Assembly: GCF_009834535.1 (NCBI RefSeq)
Contig: NC_045696.1
Location: 24,554,001-24,618,000 of the forward strand
DNA from: Camelus ferus
Lineage: Eukaryota
Direction: 5' to 3'
DNA: 64,000 nt
Shown: in pieces, positions 10,454 through 23,952 of the stretch
How the letters are laid out: the number at the start of each line of letters is the position of its first letter
Position numbering within the stretch: position 1 is the first letter of the stretch
Translations under genes and position numbers: made by a program
The notes under the pieces: generated by a model
Seen by the model: the letters and a program-made list of their open reading frames with translations, nothing else
Database searches by the model: none
Told to the model about the DNA's origin: nothing

Positions 10454-13400
10454 GATTCTGAAGCTCAAACCCAATAATGTTACTGCCCACCCCCCTTACA
10501 AACCTCTAAGTATCTCCCCAACACCTACAGGGTCCAAAGCAAACTTATTCACCTAATCTGCCTTCTAACTAGATCCCCACTGTCCTCTTTCACCTGCACA
10601 CTCTGCTTTAAGCAAAATGATACCTTCCTTTTGGCAAACACAGTGCATTTTTTTCCCATCTTCATGACTTTGTTTTTTTCTGTTTTCTCATTTGTCTTCC
10701 TTTCTTTTCTACCTATTTGATAAATAGTATGGAAGATTAAATACATATATGAATGAGTAAGAATTCACGGTGCACACTCTAAAGGAAAAAAATATATATA
10801 TGTGCAAAGGAAAGGGGATTAAGAAGACCAGTAAAGAGAGTAAGGAGGCACGTGGTTCAGAAAAAATGCAAAATTAATTTCATAGGCTCTATTATCATTT
10901 TCTTTGTACGTTAGTGATGTTACACTCCCGCCAAAAAGCTTTTGTGGTCCCATTGATGGGATATTTTTACTGGCCCAGTGAATGAGACATACTAAGAAGA
11001 CTACTCACATATCCACCCAGAGGAAGACAAGCTATGAACCATCAGTGCATAATTCCTCTTAGTTTAAGCCCTTGTGTTCAACTCTCATAGCCAAAGCTAT
11101 TTGTTACAAAAGCTTTAAACTTTTATCTGCTTACGTTAGAATTACGGTGGCATGGACAGAGAACAAGTTTTAATGAATGGATGTGGACAACTTGTGAAAA
11201 GTAAGGCCGAGTAAATGATAATCTGGACTGACAGAGTCAAAAGGAAAAAATAGGAAAATGTGACAGAAGAGTACCAAAAGATATTTATACATAGCGCTGA
11301 AATTAATAAACTTGAGAATTAAGATTCTAAAAATAATTTTAAGATTCTAAATGAACAAGGACAAACAATTAATTATGAGTATTTGACATGACATATTTTT
11401 AATTACAGCCAATATAATGTTTGATGGGAGGAGGATTAACATTTACCCAAGAAGAATTTAAAAATAGGAGATGCTGCAACAGCTTTTTCATTCGTTCATT
11501 TATTTATTCATCCATTCATTCTCTCATAAGCAAACTCATGCCAAGTGCCTCTTGAGCCACATAGCCCAAGGGTGTGTATGTGGGAGGGTGAGCAATCCAC
11601 CATTTCCCACTTATAATGAGAGTTCAGGGGGTCTTGCTTAAAAAAAAAAAAAGGAAAAACAAATAATCACAACCCTCAGTATAAAAATTCACTATGATGG
11701 GAAACATGTTGCAGTAGTTGTATATAAAATAATCATGAAAAAGATCTGGCCAGATATACAAACACATCCACATTAAAAAAGAGAGCTTATAGAATAAATG
11801 CTTAAATCATGAGATATTATAACAGTGCAGGATACCTGGTTTCTGGAAATTATTTAGGTTGAGTTTGAGGAGAGTAAATTGTAAGTGTTTATGAATTCTT
11901 TAAATGTCTTTTTAAATAAAATCTTGTATAATAAATATAAAGATAAAATGAGAAAATGTAACTGCTCTGTAAGTGTGAAGTATTATTCTAGAAGTCCAGG
12001 ATAAGTAGAGATACTATTAAATTAGGCTTTCGAAGCAGAGCAATGTAGAATGCATATAAGTCTAATTATTTGGGTTCACATTTGGCTTTTCCCAGTTACA
12101 CAAACCTCCCAAATATCAGTGAAAATAACAGACCTGTGATCTAGTTCCAGAGCTGTCATAGAAACCAAGAACCCCTCTCCTTCATGAACTGCCTTAAGAG
12201 TTTTGCCCTATTTCTTTGTTTTGTTGTTGTTGTTTTCCACTTGTGCTTGTTTACTCAAGTGCATCAAATTAAGGAGAAAGTTGAATGGATACCCCCCACA
12301 ATAAAATCTTTCTAAAGTCATCATAAAATATTTGTAATTTAGAATAGCTCTTGTGATAATGATCATAGGACCCACGAGCATCAATTTTAACTATATTTTG
12401 GCTTCTACAAGAAGGTTGAAATTTGTTTCAATGGGTTCTCAAATAGAAGAAGGAAGACAACAAATGTCAACCTGAAGGGGACCTGATGATGCTCGCTGAC
12501 TACAGGAGATCTCAAGCTCCTTTGTACTTACAGCCTAACTCTTTTGCATGGTTCAGCAGAACCAGAGTTGGACATTGGTCTTCAGGAGGAGAGAGGATTG
12601 AATGTTAGAACATTTTATATAATGACCCTTGGAGAACACTCCAAGTGTTGGTAGAATTTCTTTTGTGGCAGAGAAATAAGTTCACAATTCAAATGTTGCT
12701 GAGCAAGCTAAAGACAAAGTCATATTTTGAGTGTGCAGCACTGTGTGTCGGAAGCTGTGTTATACATCAAAGGAGCACAGGTTGGAGCCAGGAGAGACAC
12801 TTGTGAGCACAACTCTGTCGCTTACTAGGATCTCTCTGGGTCACGATGCTTAATCTCCATGGTCCTCTACCTCCTCATCTTTAGAAAGAGGGAGATCAAT
12901 GGTTTTTGAGGCTCCATTTATCTTCTATATTTCGGGCTATGAGGGCACACCAAGGAAGATAAATCCTATGTGCAGCAAGAGATTAGTACATAAAGATTTC
13001 CTTTCAGCTTTTTCTAAGCAGCTCTTTTCTCACTCTTCAGATGACCACTGTTGACCTTCCTTCTTTTTTTTTTTTTTTTTTTTAACATAAGCTATTTTAG
13101 GTTTGGGGTTTTTATTTTTTGTTTTTAGTTTTCCTGACCCACTGCACTTCCTCCATCCTGGCTACTTCTCTCTTCCTCATGTTCTGAACCAGCAGCTATA
13201 TATGAACATAGACTTCACTTGGGATACAGCCAAGTTTTCCTGGCTATGAAAACTTCTGCATGAACCAAAATGTCTATATTTCCATTCTCAGGAACTAAGA
13301 AGGCTTCTGCCACTCAAAAATAACTACTTAAAAAAATCCTTTTGAATCCCATTTCAGAGGACAAAATCTTGCTTTGACAAATGAGCAGGTGAAATTTAAG

Positions 13401-13494
13401 TAAGTTTGTAGGGGGCGGGCAGAATAATCAGGGGCTATGCAGTGTAAAGAGTGCCAGGTTGGAGTGAGACACTCTTTCTTGCCACCATCACCAA

Positions 13495-13495
<1 letters not shown>

Positions 13496-13527
<32 letters not shown>
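13496..13527. repeat. (CA)n microsatellite
   Basis: Perfect CA run seen directly. Confidence 0.97.
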
Positions 13528-13528
<1 letters not shown>

Positions 13529-13589
13529 CGTGCCATCGTGGATGGTTCATACTTTTGAGATCTTGTCCTGAGCATGCAGACATGTTGAT

Positions 13590-14450
13590 ATAATGACAAT
13601 CATGGCCTCCACTGACTTAGCAGTTGACTATATTTCAGGCGCTTTTATATATGCTATCTTTGTGTTATGACTCAGTTAGGTGGTATTATCATCCTCATTT
13701 TAGTGATAAAAATATGAAGCTCAGAAAGGTTAAATCATTTATGCAATGTAATTGTAGGTTAAAGAACTGGATTTTAAGCCCAAATCTATAAGAGTCCAAA
13801 GTTTTCCTGCAAAGGTCATGCCTTTGTAACTTTTGAGAGTAGGCTCATAATTATCTATGCTTTCTCATCAGTAAAAATACATTATTTCCTAACTTGCAGT
13901 ACAAAATGAAATGATGCCTGTAAATGTGCCAGTTCAAGATAAGGGCTTAATTGCTTAACAAATAGAGTCCCTGCCTTCAAAGTGCAATATAACTTTTCTC
14001 ACATTTCATTTTATACTGGCGCTATGAACCAGGCAAAACATTGCTACCAACTCACAGATGGAGAAGTTAAGGCACATGAATATTAAGTGAATTTCCTGAG
14101 GTCCCACAGCAGATGATGGCAGAGATGGCACTGAACATAACTCCTAACTCTTAGTCCAGACTTCCTATCACTCAGCTGTCTTTAAATTTTTCAGCAGAAA
14201 GATCAATAAACATGGTCACAAACAGGAGCCATTACATGGTGAAAACTGAGTGTTGGAGCCAAAGAAGCCTGGTCTGGAACCATAGCTTCACTGCTTACTG
14301 ACTGTGTGACTGCTGAGTTACCTGATTTCTCTGAGTTTCAGTTTCTTATCTATTACCAGACATAAGGAAGATTTCCTTGTGGAGTTCTTAGAAGAATTGG
14401 CTGTAAAGTGTTTAACCATACCTGACACCCAACTGGGACTAGATGAAGAT
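13590..14450. mobile_element. Cluster of MIR SINE fragments
   Basis: MIR-core motifs attatcatcctcattttagtgataaaaatatgaagctcagaaaggttaa, acagatggagaagttaaggcac and ctctgagtttcagtttcttatct. Confidence 0.7.
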
Positions 14451-15362
14451 GAACCACTATTTTTAGTGGCAATTATTACTATTTAATTACAATTTATAAA
14501 TACGTGTTTATAACCATTTACCCTTTGTTCAGTGAAAAACAGCATTCTGTCTATGGTATATCAGGTATTGCCCTGGGCTGTGGGGCCACAAAGATGACCA
14601 AGACTCACACCTGATGTTGGAGTCTCACCATCAATAATTCTCAGCAATTTCCTATTGTATGAGATAATATTGCAGTAAATGTACATTTACTAGTTTTCAC
14701 TAATTTTTAAGATTTTAAATAGAATTTGCTCAGTTTTCTCCCAGGAGATAAGAAAGCCAGAACTGCCTGGTTCAAGTGTACACAGTTTGGTTAGGGTGTG
14801 ACTCTGCTTTTAGCTTCCTGGAGGTGCCCTAGTGACCGCATAATTATGAACCTCTGAGGCATGTGGACAAAAAGAAGGTGGGGCTCAGGGTGCAAGTCCT
14901 GAGCTCACCACTGCCCTTTACTGACTTCCCAAATTATCACCATATTAGCATTGTCTTACATATGCAAAACAATTTCAGCTTTTTAAAACTTCTCTCATAT
15001 ATTTTGTTACAGCCATATCACATATGCATGTCATATTTTATTTCAGATATAACTCTCAGGCATAACACACCTTTTTCATAAGACAATGAAAAATGAAAGA
15101 CAGAAATTCATGTCCCTTCTCCTTCCTGGGAAGTTGTAAAGCAACTGGTTGAATTCACTCTTAAAACCCTTATGAATATTCAGCATAAGATCTTTATGCA
15201 TCTCATGGTTCCCAACTATTAAATACAGCCATACTGATGAATAATTAGAGTAGAAATATGGCCTTTCTGCAGTTCACCTCAAGCCTAACCCAAAATGAAG
15301 CCCACATTCTCACCCACTGAAAGGGATTTTTAGCCAGGGCACAAAATAGACGAAAGTCAGGA

Positions 15363-16015
15363 ACTCATTTATTTATTTGCTCAACAATTTGTTTATCACG
15401 GTGCCAGATAAGGAAGATAAAATGAGGAGCAGAACAAACACTGTGAGCCTCATAGGTCAATGAGAGACAGAAACAGAAATAACCACACAAATAAAAAAAG
15501 AAATGTTAACTCTGACGAGAGCTGTAAGGGCCCCCTAGTTCTATGGAGATATGATAGATTTATCTATGATAGGTAGACTTGATCTAGCTAAGGAGTCAGG
15601 AAACACTTTCAGGGGTAGCGATGAGTGAGTTTAAATCTGATGTAAACAACAGTTGTTAAGTAGCCAAAACTAGGGAGAACGAGAAGGTGGTCATAATGGC
15701 TGGGAGGGAAAGCAAGGAGACGTGGTACAAGGTAAGGCTGAGGCAGGATCAGACCCCTTATGACCTAAGTGATGCTAAGTTTTGTTGGTCATCTCTCAAA
15801 AAGCAATGGGAAGCTATGCAAGGAGCGTTTTTAGGCCAACAGCGTGGGGGTTTGCTTCTTGTTTGTTGAGGGTGTGAGATACATGCTTAGGATTTTTTTT
15901 TTTTTTTTTTTTTTTTGAGAAGATTGCTTTCCATACAGCGACGAGAATTAACTGCAAGGGGAAAATGGACACAAGATGATGGCGACTTGAACTAGGGTGG
16001 TAGAAAGAGGAAGAG
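15363..16015 (-). mobile_element. LINE-2 fragment (contains poly-T at 15893-15917)
   Basis: Starts ctcatttatttatttgctcaacaa (reverse L2 tail) and includes gatggcgacttgaactagggtggtag. Confidence 0.65.
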
Positions 16016-17533
16016 ATGAAAAGTTCTCAGACTCATACACATTTCTCCAGAAAGTAATTCAGTTTTGAAAGTCATCTTTTGTGACGCAAACCGAAAACCC
16101 CTTTCACTTTAGGACATATGGTCACAGATGACAGCAGAGAAGTGATACAATGACATGACTGCCCATTCCAAATCTGTCCTTTAATTTGTAAAACTTAGAA
16201 GCTCAGAGCCCCCACAATGGCTTAATGGAATCATTATCAATGGATAAGGAAATGGCATCCATTTGCCTCCCCTGATTCCACTTGGACATAGGCCATTGTT
16301 TCTACAAAGAGTGGCTTGGAGCCATGGCAAGGTTTCAAAGGAAATCGGCCTTTCAGAGGGGCATGTGAATAGATAATGCATATTGCCACCGTAAAATCTC
16401 TAATGAATATTAAGGGTGGCTTTCATTTGTGGTGATTGAAATGAACTCATAAATTCTCTCTCTAGGATGCGGGAATTTTTTCCTCCCTGTGGAGAGATTT
16501 AATGGATTTGTGGCATTCTGAATGATTTGGCAAGAAATCAGAGGTACCTGGGCAGTCACCCGCAAAGGGCACTCAGTTTCTCGCATGTGATAGTCGCCAC
16601 CACAAAATATTTTCTGTATGAACCCAGAATGATTGATGCAATCCACCGTAAGTCATGACAAGGTGTCAACTGAAAAAAACGGGAAAAAGAAGTGGTTAAA
16701 AACACTGCAGCTTTAAAAACAAATTTGACTTTTAGAAAAGGGTTATTTCCTTTTAGAAAAAAGTGAGATCTGCCACCTGCAAGAAATTTAGATTAGTTGT
16801 TTGTGGCAAGGGCCAACATATTTTGAGGCCACTGAGCGCTCCTACTGCTCTCTGTACGGAGTAGATTAAACTGTTCCCACACAGTGATAAATATATCGCA
16901 AAGAGTCATAACAAGGATACAGTAAGTTGTGCAGTTAATGGTACAATTTCCAGTTAAAACAATATTCTTAGGGTTGCTTTCGCCCGTTCCCATTTTATGC
17001 ATGCTATTTTTTGATAAGTTAATTTGTCACATTTGCAGAATCAATATCTTTCAAAGCTTTATAAGGGTGAGAATTAAAGGCAAGAGTTCTAGGGATTTTT
17101 GCTAGCTGTGTGGGCCTGGCTTAGCCGAACACAAAAGTGCAAAAATAATCTATGAAAACAGCAGATGAGGATTAACATTAAAAATGTCATCAGCTCTAAA
17201 TTTTCTGTACATATGGGAGGAAAATAGGGAAATAACCCAAAGCAGCAATTACCAAAAGGCATTCAGTTTTATGATGGAGCGTGGCAGAGGATCTCTTTTC
17301 AGAGAAAATAACTTTTTTTAGAGCTCTTTAATGCTAGACTTTGAATTCTCGAAGTAAGAAGAGATCCAGGTAATTTTGTTCTGTTGGAGGAGGTATTCCT
17401 CTGTGGAATGAATCCGTGGTCCTGCTCTCTTATCTCATGAGTTAGACATTATGAAAGAAGTTAATCCAAATGTCCTGCATTCTGTTTATATGAAGAAATT
17501 ATGACTATAATTTAAGACACTGGATTCCTTTCT

Positions 17534-17630
17534 TTTTCTTTCTTTTTTTTAAATAGAGGTACTGGGGCTTGAACCCAGGACCTCATGCAGGCTAAGCATG
17601 TGCTCCACACTGAGCTATACCCCCCACCCC
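17534..17630 (-). mobile_element. tRNA-derived SINE, Vic-1-like (camelid)
   Basis: Reverse strand reads ggggtggggggtatagctcagtgtggagcacatgcttagcctgcatgaggtcctgggttcaagccccagtacctctatttaaaaaaa: Pol III A box, B box and A-rich tail. Confidence 0.85.
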
Positions 17631-17689
17631 TGTCTGCAGATTCCTTTCTGACATGGGATAACAAAGCTGGGTTCAGTAGGGATATTCTT

Positions 17690-17850
17690 CTGATATTTTT
17701 CATGAACCAATTGTATCAGAATAATCTAAGGTATCTGTTGCTAAAGTCTGCCTACTTAAGATTCACCGAGTCAGAATTTCTAGGATGAAAATTCTTTCAC
17801 AAGCTCCTTAAATGATATTTTTATGTTCGCCAAAGTTTGAGAATCACCTC
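17690..17850. mobile_element. MER5-type hAT MITE
   Basis: tgtatcagaataatct...gagtcagaatttctagg...caaagtttgagaatcac. Confidence 0.65.
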
Positions 17851-19704
17851 TGAATTGAAGGAAACAATTCATTCTTCCCTGATTTTTCAGTTTCTTCTTG
17901 ATCAATCCAGGAAGTCTTTTTGAGAAGCTGTCATACGTGTATCACTTTCACAAGTTATTTACTCTAATAATCACAACAGTCCCAAAAAGTAGATAATTCA
18001 ATTTTCCAAATGAGGTAATAGTGCTCTGAAGACTGAGGAAGTTGTCCAAGCCGTGCTTCAGAGCCAAGCTGGGATTTCAAAGTCTTCCAAATCCCGTTCC
18101 TGTAAGATAGTCAAGTCACTTAGGGACCTCACACTGAGAGCACAGAAAAAGACTGCACTGGGGAGCCCCTGGGAATTCTCAGTGCTCAGTGCCCGCATGA
18201 TCAGCCTGTATGAAAGTGTGCAGAACCTCTAATGGGTGTAGCTGACATTCCCCCAGAGACAGCTTTGTGCTTTCCAAACTGACCTGGTTGAAACTCCCAT
18301 CGGAGAGTGTTTGGGACTTTTGATAAATCAGAGTAGAAAAATCCCCAGACAAAGGGTATAACAAACAGCTCCACCACTTACATATCTTCTTTTTACAAAA
18401 TGCTTTTGAATATAAATAACTCTTATGATTATAACATAACTTATTTTCTTTAGTAATTTTCAAAATAGAGTCTGATTTTCTTAAGGGCGGTCATTGTTTT
18501 GTTCTTTTGAGGTTAACATCCAACCATTTTCCTGACTCATTTGTGCAACTTTCCCCAATTTATGGGTGACTTTGTTATTTTCTATGCCCTCATTTTGAAA
18601 CTGTGCCTTCTGCCAACTTCTCCTTAGTGTGGATGTTTCAGTGCCTTCCTTAGTGTGGCTAAAGAACACTCTGCCAACATTTCTGTATGATCTAAGGCCC
18701 CTAACACGGCATTCTACCCAATCGCTGAGGAGCAAAACGCATCCTCTCTGTTAGAGGGTCAAAGAAAAATGTCCAGTTTTGCTAATTACGCAACCTATTT
18801 ACTTTAGTAAGAGTCTGCAATATCATTTGGTCACAATCTTTAAATCCTAAGATGTTTGAAGCAAGTTGATAGGTTGAGGTGGTACATATGTGTATGTGTG
18901 TGTGTGTTTGTGTATGTGTTTCTTTGCATCAGATAACACTAAACTAACTCTTTAAAAAGAAATATGTGAAGATTTCATCTAGTTCACCATAGCTAACGTT
19001 TCTCTGCCTTTATCTTTATCCTAAGCCAGTTTTTAAGTGGCATTATATAGAGGTAGCATATTTTTGTTTTCCTTAATGTTGCTTTAGATGTCAGAATAGG
19101 TTTGGGAAATGAAAATCATTGGTGTTAAATGTTAGCAAAGCTGATAATTTTCAAATATTTATGTTAAAAGACTTTTTGAACCTGAGTACTTAGCTTCTGT
19201 AATGTGCTCTTCCTGACAGTCTGTAACACTTGGATATCCTTATTCACCACAATTAGTAAATTTGAGGCCTGTATTTATTGTGCCTTAACTCAGTTCAGAC
19301 GAAAGTGGAAAAAAAAATCTCCCTTGACTAAAATACAGCTGAGTTTAAATTCAGCTAAAGAAACCACAGCACAAATGTGGTTACTGCCAAAGAGTTGCCA
19401 GGTAACATTCTGACCTTTGTATCTGCAAACTGTTAGAAAGGTGAGCTTACGTCGCTACCAGTAATAAAACCAGAACTAACTAGAAGTTCAGCCTGCAGAT
19501 ATGGAACTGGAAGTGTTCCTTCTACTGTCTGGGTTTATGCCCCCTCCTCACCCCACTGTCAAGCAGACAGTACATTGACTTGCTTTTTGAAATGAAACTT
19601 ATCAACCAATCACCAATATTTATTAAACACCTAGTAGCCACAGAAAATGTTTGTATTTTTAGTGTGGCTAGCATTGCACTCACTATGATGTTTAGAAGTT
19701 TATG

Positions 19705-19912
19705 CAGCATAGTATAAGGGAAAGGCCATTAGATTTTAAAAGAAATCCTGAGTTTGAATTTGGAATCCAGGGCATACACAGTTACATTCCTGTCTGATCC
19801 CTAGTTGCTTCTTCTGTATTGTGGGAAAAATAAAGCCTTTGTCCCAAACTTATTGTTGGGATGGTAAGAGATATGTTATGTACAAGTGCTTAGCACTCTG
19901 CCTGACATATAG
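19705..19912 (+). mobile_element. MIR SINE
   Basis: gcagcatagtataagggaaaggcc...cctgagtttgaat...aagtgcttagcactctgcctgacatatag. Confidence 0.65.
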
Positions 19913-20604
19913 ATGGTGGCCAAGAACCCCAAGAACCAATGTTAAAAGGAAACAGATACATTTTTAGAAAACCATACCGTCAAACCAACGTGGCAATTAC
20001 AAATTCTGGTATAAAATGAAGCTGTTGAACACACTGACTTGCTTTTGAACTTTACTACGAACTCTAAACTTTTCAGTATGGCTCCCAGTGTAAATGCTAA
20101 TTTTATTGATAGAGGATGAATATTTGAAAATTTTTCATTTTTCAGGAATTCTGTATGATAGACACAAATCAAAACTTGTTTTCTTCTCAGTTTTATATGC
20201 TCTCTGCTGTGTCCCTTCTGTTTTTCACCTCATCACTTCTGCTCAATCTCAGTTATTTCTCTAGTCCCTTTTCCATCCCTTCAAAGCCTGCACACTGTCT
20301 GGTAAGTATGCCCTTGCTACAACTTCTCCTCCCAAGCTGATATTTCAGTTACCCTTCTCTGCTCTCAATTTCCTTCTCTAATTGCTCCTGAAATATATGG
20401 TCTTAGGAGGAAGTAGCAGTGTTGTGAGGCCTTGGAAAAGAATTACAAAACAAAAAGTGAAAAAAGGAAAAAGATCAGAAGAAAAGATGGTAGCCCATTC
20501 TTTAGCTATAAAATCAAGGGTAATATGTAGAGCTGACTGCTAAAGAAAGGAGTGGAGTTGCTTTTGGCTTGTAGTTTCCTCTCTTCATTTGCCCGTGTGG
20601 CATG

Positions 20605-20780
20605 GTGGAATCAGACAGGCCTGAGTTCAGTTCCTATTTGCTAGCTTTTTGACTTTAGGTGAGCTAGCTGTTTCATGCCTCAGTTTCTTCTTTGCAAAAT
20701 AGGAGATGTTAACACTTTATACAGTTGTTAAGACAATTGAGATGCAGTGATCTATAATAAGGTATCAATAAATATTTGCT
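20605..20780 (+). mobile_element. MIR SINE
   Basis: ggaatcagacaggcctgagttcag...tgcctcagtttcttctttgcaaaataggagat. Confidence 0.7.
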
Positions 20781-22849
20781 CATTTACCTCTTCTAAAAAA
20801 TCTCTCCCTCTCTTATCTCTATTCTTCTTATTTTCTATTCTCTAGTTTAATAGTGAACTAGACTGAATATATGAGTATGGGAAATGTTGGCTTTTTAACT
20901 ATAAACTATATCCATGTAACTCTTCTTTCAAGTCAATATTTTGAAGGCAGCTAAGTGCCTCTCTTAGATTATCTGATTTGAAATCAGTTGCAAGGGTTCA
21001 GAACTAGCCATCTTCTTTCTAAAGCCCAGATAGTATATGCAATTTAGAAATTCTTTTAAATGGAGATAATTTCTAATGCTAGGCACATAGTCGGAACTAA
21101 AATATGATGTTTGGAGGAAGGAGTGAAAAAAATGGATGAATGCCCGTGGAGAAGTATACTTACTGCAGCCACCCCATGTAGACAGAGGGTATTTTTTGGT
21201 TTACTTTTTTTTTGCTACTGCTCTCAATTGTGCCTGTATCACTTGTTCAGTCTTCTCCTCCATAGGTGCTTCCACTACTACAGATCCTGATACACATGTC
21301 AATCACAAAGGGATAAGGCACTCCTCCATTAATATCCTTTGTTCACAACTCCTCCCAAATAACTTGTATCTGTTCTTTCCTTAGAGAAAATGTGGTTTTC
21401 AGGGTAAGAAACTGCTATACAATACTGATTAAGGCCTCCAACCTTTCTAAAATGTCATTTGTAGGAACCACTAATACAGGACCCCTGTTGTTTGTGTACC
21501 CAAGATTTAATCACCATGGAAGAAGGTCACATGACAACAGTTTAGCACTACATTTTCACAACAAATGACAAAAGAAGAGATCGAATACTGCCCTTAGCTG
21601 TTTCCTACATCAAAACTCTTCATCTCTCGGAGCCTTAACTTTCCCAAGTGAATTTAATGATTTTACATATCAGTGTCCAAGACATCTGAATACTGATTTG
21701 TGTACACAGGTTTTTTTGTTTATTTAGGAAGAGTCTTAATTTAATAATCTCCCTGATTTTTAAATTTATTATACTGTATACATCATGTTTTTTTAAAAAA
21801 GGAAGTGATATTAAATTGCTTCTTCAATGTAATACAATTTAAAACATGTAATTTACATTTTTGGTTATGTCATATAATTAATATTCTTGTAATAGTGTCA
21901 GTTATGGTATTCAGTAAATATAGTAAAGCTACATGGAGATGTGCTTTATATTCATTAAGTTATTTACTCATACGTGTAAGCACGACATGCTGTGTCTCAG
22001 GAGGTTACGAGGAAATTGCAGGCTGTGAATCAGAATGCCTTAACAGCGCTTCCCGGTTTGCTAGTGAATTCTGTCACTTTAGTAAAGATAAATCACTTGT
22101 AAAGTATGTGTACATTTATGTTGCTTGAAACACTGTAAACATACTCAAGACTTCTGTATTTCTTTTAGGACCTATTTAAACTATTCAAGATTAGAAACAG
22201 CTAAAGAGTATATAGCCTTAGAGGTATAAGTGTCATAGGTTTGAATGCCAGCTACCCCAACTGGGACTGAGTCATTTGTGTGCATCAAAGCTGCCAATTA
22301 TCCCAGTTTATGACACTTCTAGGAAATACCCCTAACAGAAGTAACAGCTGTATTCCAGCATCCTTGGTATTGGTCTTAGTGACAGTATGTTTCTTAAGTT
22401 TTTTACTTGCACAGGAATAGACATTTAAGATGTGGATGTAAAAGAGTTTCCCCAAGAAAGATAAAGAGCAAGGAAAACAATTCTAGGAACTCCAATGGCT
22501 TGACACTGGAAAATTAATTCTATTCATTTCATGGTTATAAGATTTTTAACCAGATTTTTAAATCAATATCAACGTCATTTTAAATGTCGATATTATAGTA
22601 TTGGTATGTTTAATTGTGACATTCCCATCGCTAAACAAGGCAATTTAGCAGGACTGAATTTCAAAGTATGTCCCTTTCTTTATCCAGGTAATGTTATGCA
22701 GACAGGAGAACTCTAATATAATGTTTTGAACCACAGTGAAAGAAGAAGGAGGGTGACCTTTCTCCATCCTTTTTGTTTGTTTCATAGATGAGGAGCTATT
22801 GAGGAACTATAGTGATCAACAAGCTTTGGACATTTTGCAAATTCTCACC

Positions 22850-23952
22850 GTTCCCATCTCTAACCTATGCTCCACATTTTAGCCAGAGCCTTTCATCTAA
22901 CATACAAATCTGGTCGTGTTGCTCTCTTGCTTTGACAACAGTTCTTTAATATTTCCCATCCCATACAAATATATAATCTCAGTATATTCAAATCTACACT
23001 ATTTAACATGGTGTCTAAAGTACACTGGGTGGCTTAAAACAACAGATATTTATTATCTTACAGTTCTAGAGGCTAGAAGTCGAAAATCAAGGTGTTGGCA
23101 GGGCCTTGATGTCTCAGAAGGCTTTAGTGGAGGATTCTTCCTCGCGTCTTCCAGCTTCTGGCAGCTTCAGGTGTTCCATGGCTTGCGGCAGCGTAACTCT
23201 AATTTCTGCTTCCATCTTCACATGGCTATCCTCTCCCTATGAGTTTCTACATAGTCTTTCCTCTGTGCACGTGTGTGTCCAAATTCCCTCTTGTTTTAAG
23301 ACACCAGTCACGTCGGAATAAGGGCTCACCCTACTCCAGGGTGATCTCACCTTCACTAATTTTGCCTGCGACACCCTATTTGCAAAGAAGGTTACATTCT
23401 GAGATACTGGCGAATAGGACCTCAACACATCTTTTTGGAGGGATATAATTAAACCCATAAGATGTGGCCTCCAAACCCTTCATAGTCTGGCCTTAAACCA
23501 TTTACCAGCCCCGTCATCTGTCTTTCTCCTTATTTGCCATACCCACCTGTTGTAGGGCATTACTCTTTGCTCCCAGACCTTACCAAACACTCTCATGCCT
23601 CAGATCCTACCATATACTCTTCTCATTGCTGGGATATCCCTGCCTTTTCCCTTGTCTGCCTGCCAAATTCCTATTTGGCTCGTTTTTATCTCAAGCACTA
23701 TTTCCTCAGTAAAAATTTTCCTTATTTCTTCAGACAAATTAGCACTTGGCCCTCTCTTCTTTCCCTGCTCATGCAGCTTGGATGGATACAGAACCCATTA
23801 CACTGGATTCTCATTGTCTATTGGTCTGTCTGTCTTCCCACTAAACTGTAAACTCTTAGAAGGCAGTGCCCATGCCTTTCCATCTTTGGACACCCGGCAG
23901 CATGCCAGGCCCACAGTAGATATTCAATACATATTTGTTAAACAAATAAAAT
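22850..23952 (+). mobile_element. LINE-2 3' portion, interrupted by an MLT1 LTR
   Basis: ccccactaaactgtaaactcttagaaggcag...cacagtagatattcaatacatatttgttaaacaaataaa, the L2 tail. Confidence 0.75.
23010..23462. mobile_element. MLT1 (ERVL-MaLR) solo LTR
   Basis: ctgggtggcttaaaacaacagatatttatt...cagttctagaggctagaagtc...atcaaggtgttggcaggg...ggttacattctgagatactgg...ataattaaacccataa. Confidence 0.85.

Noticed and set aside
17560..17630. tRNA gene
   Set aside because: Has A and B boxes but also an A-rich tail, and no convincing cloverleaf; it is a SINE (same for 38664-38745)
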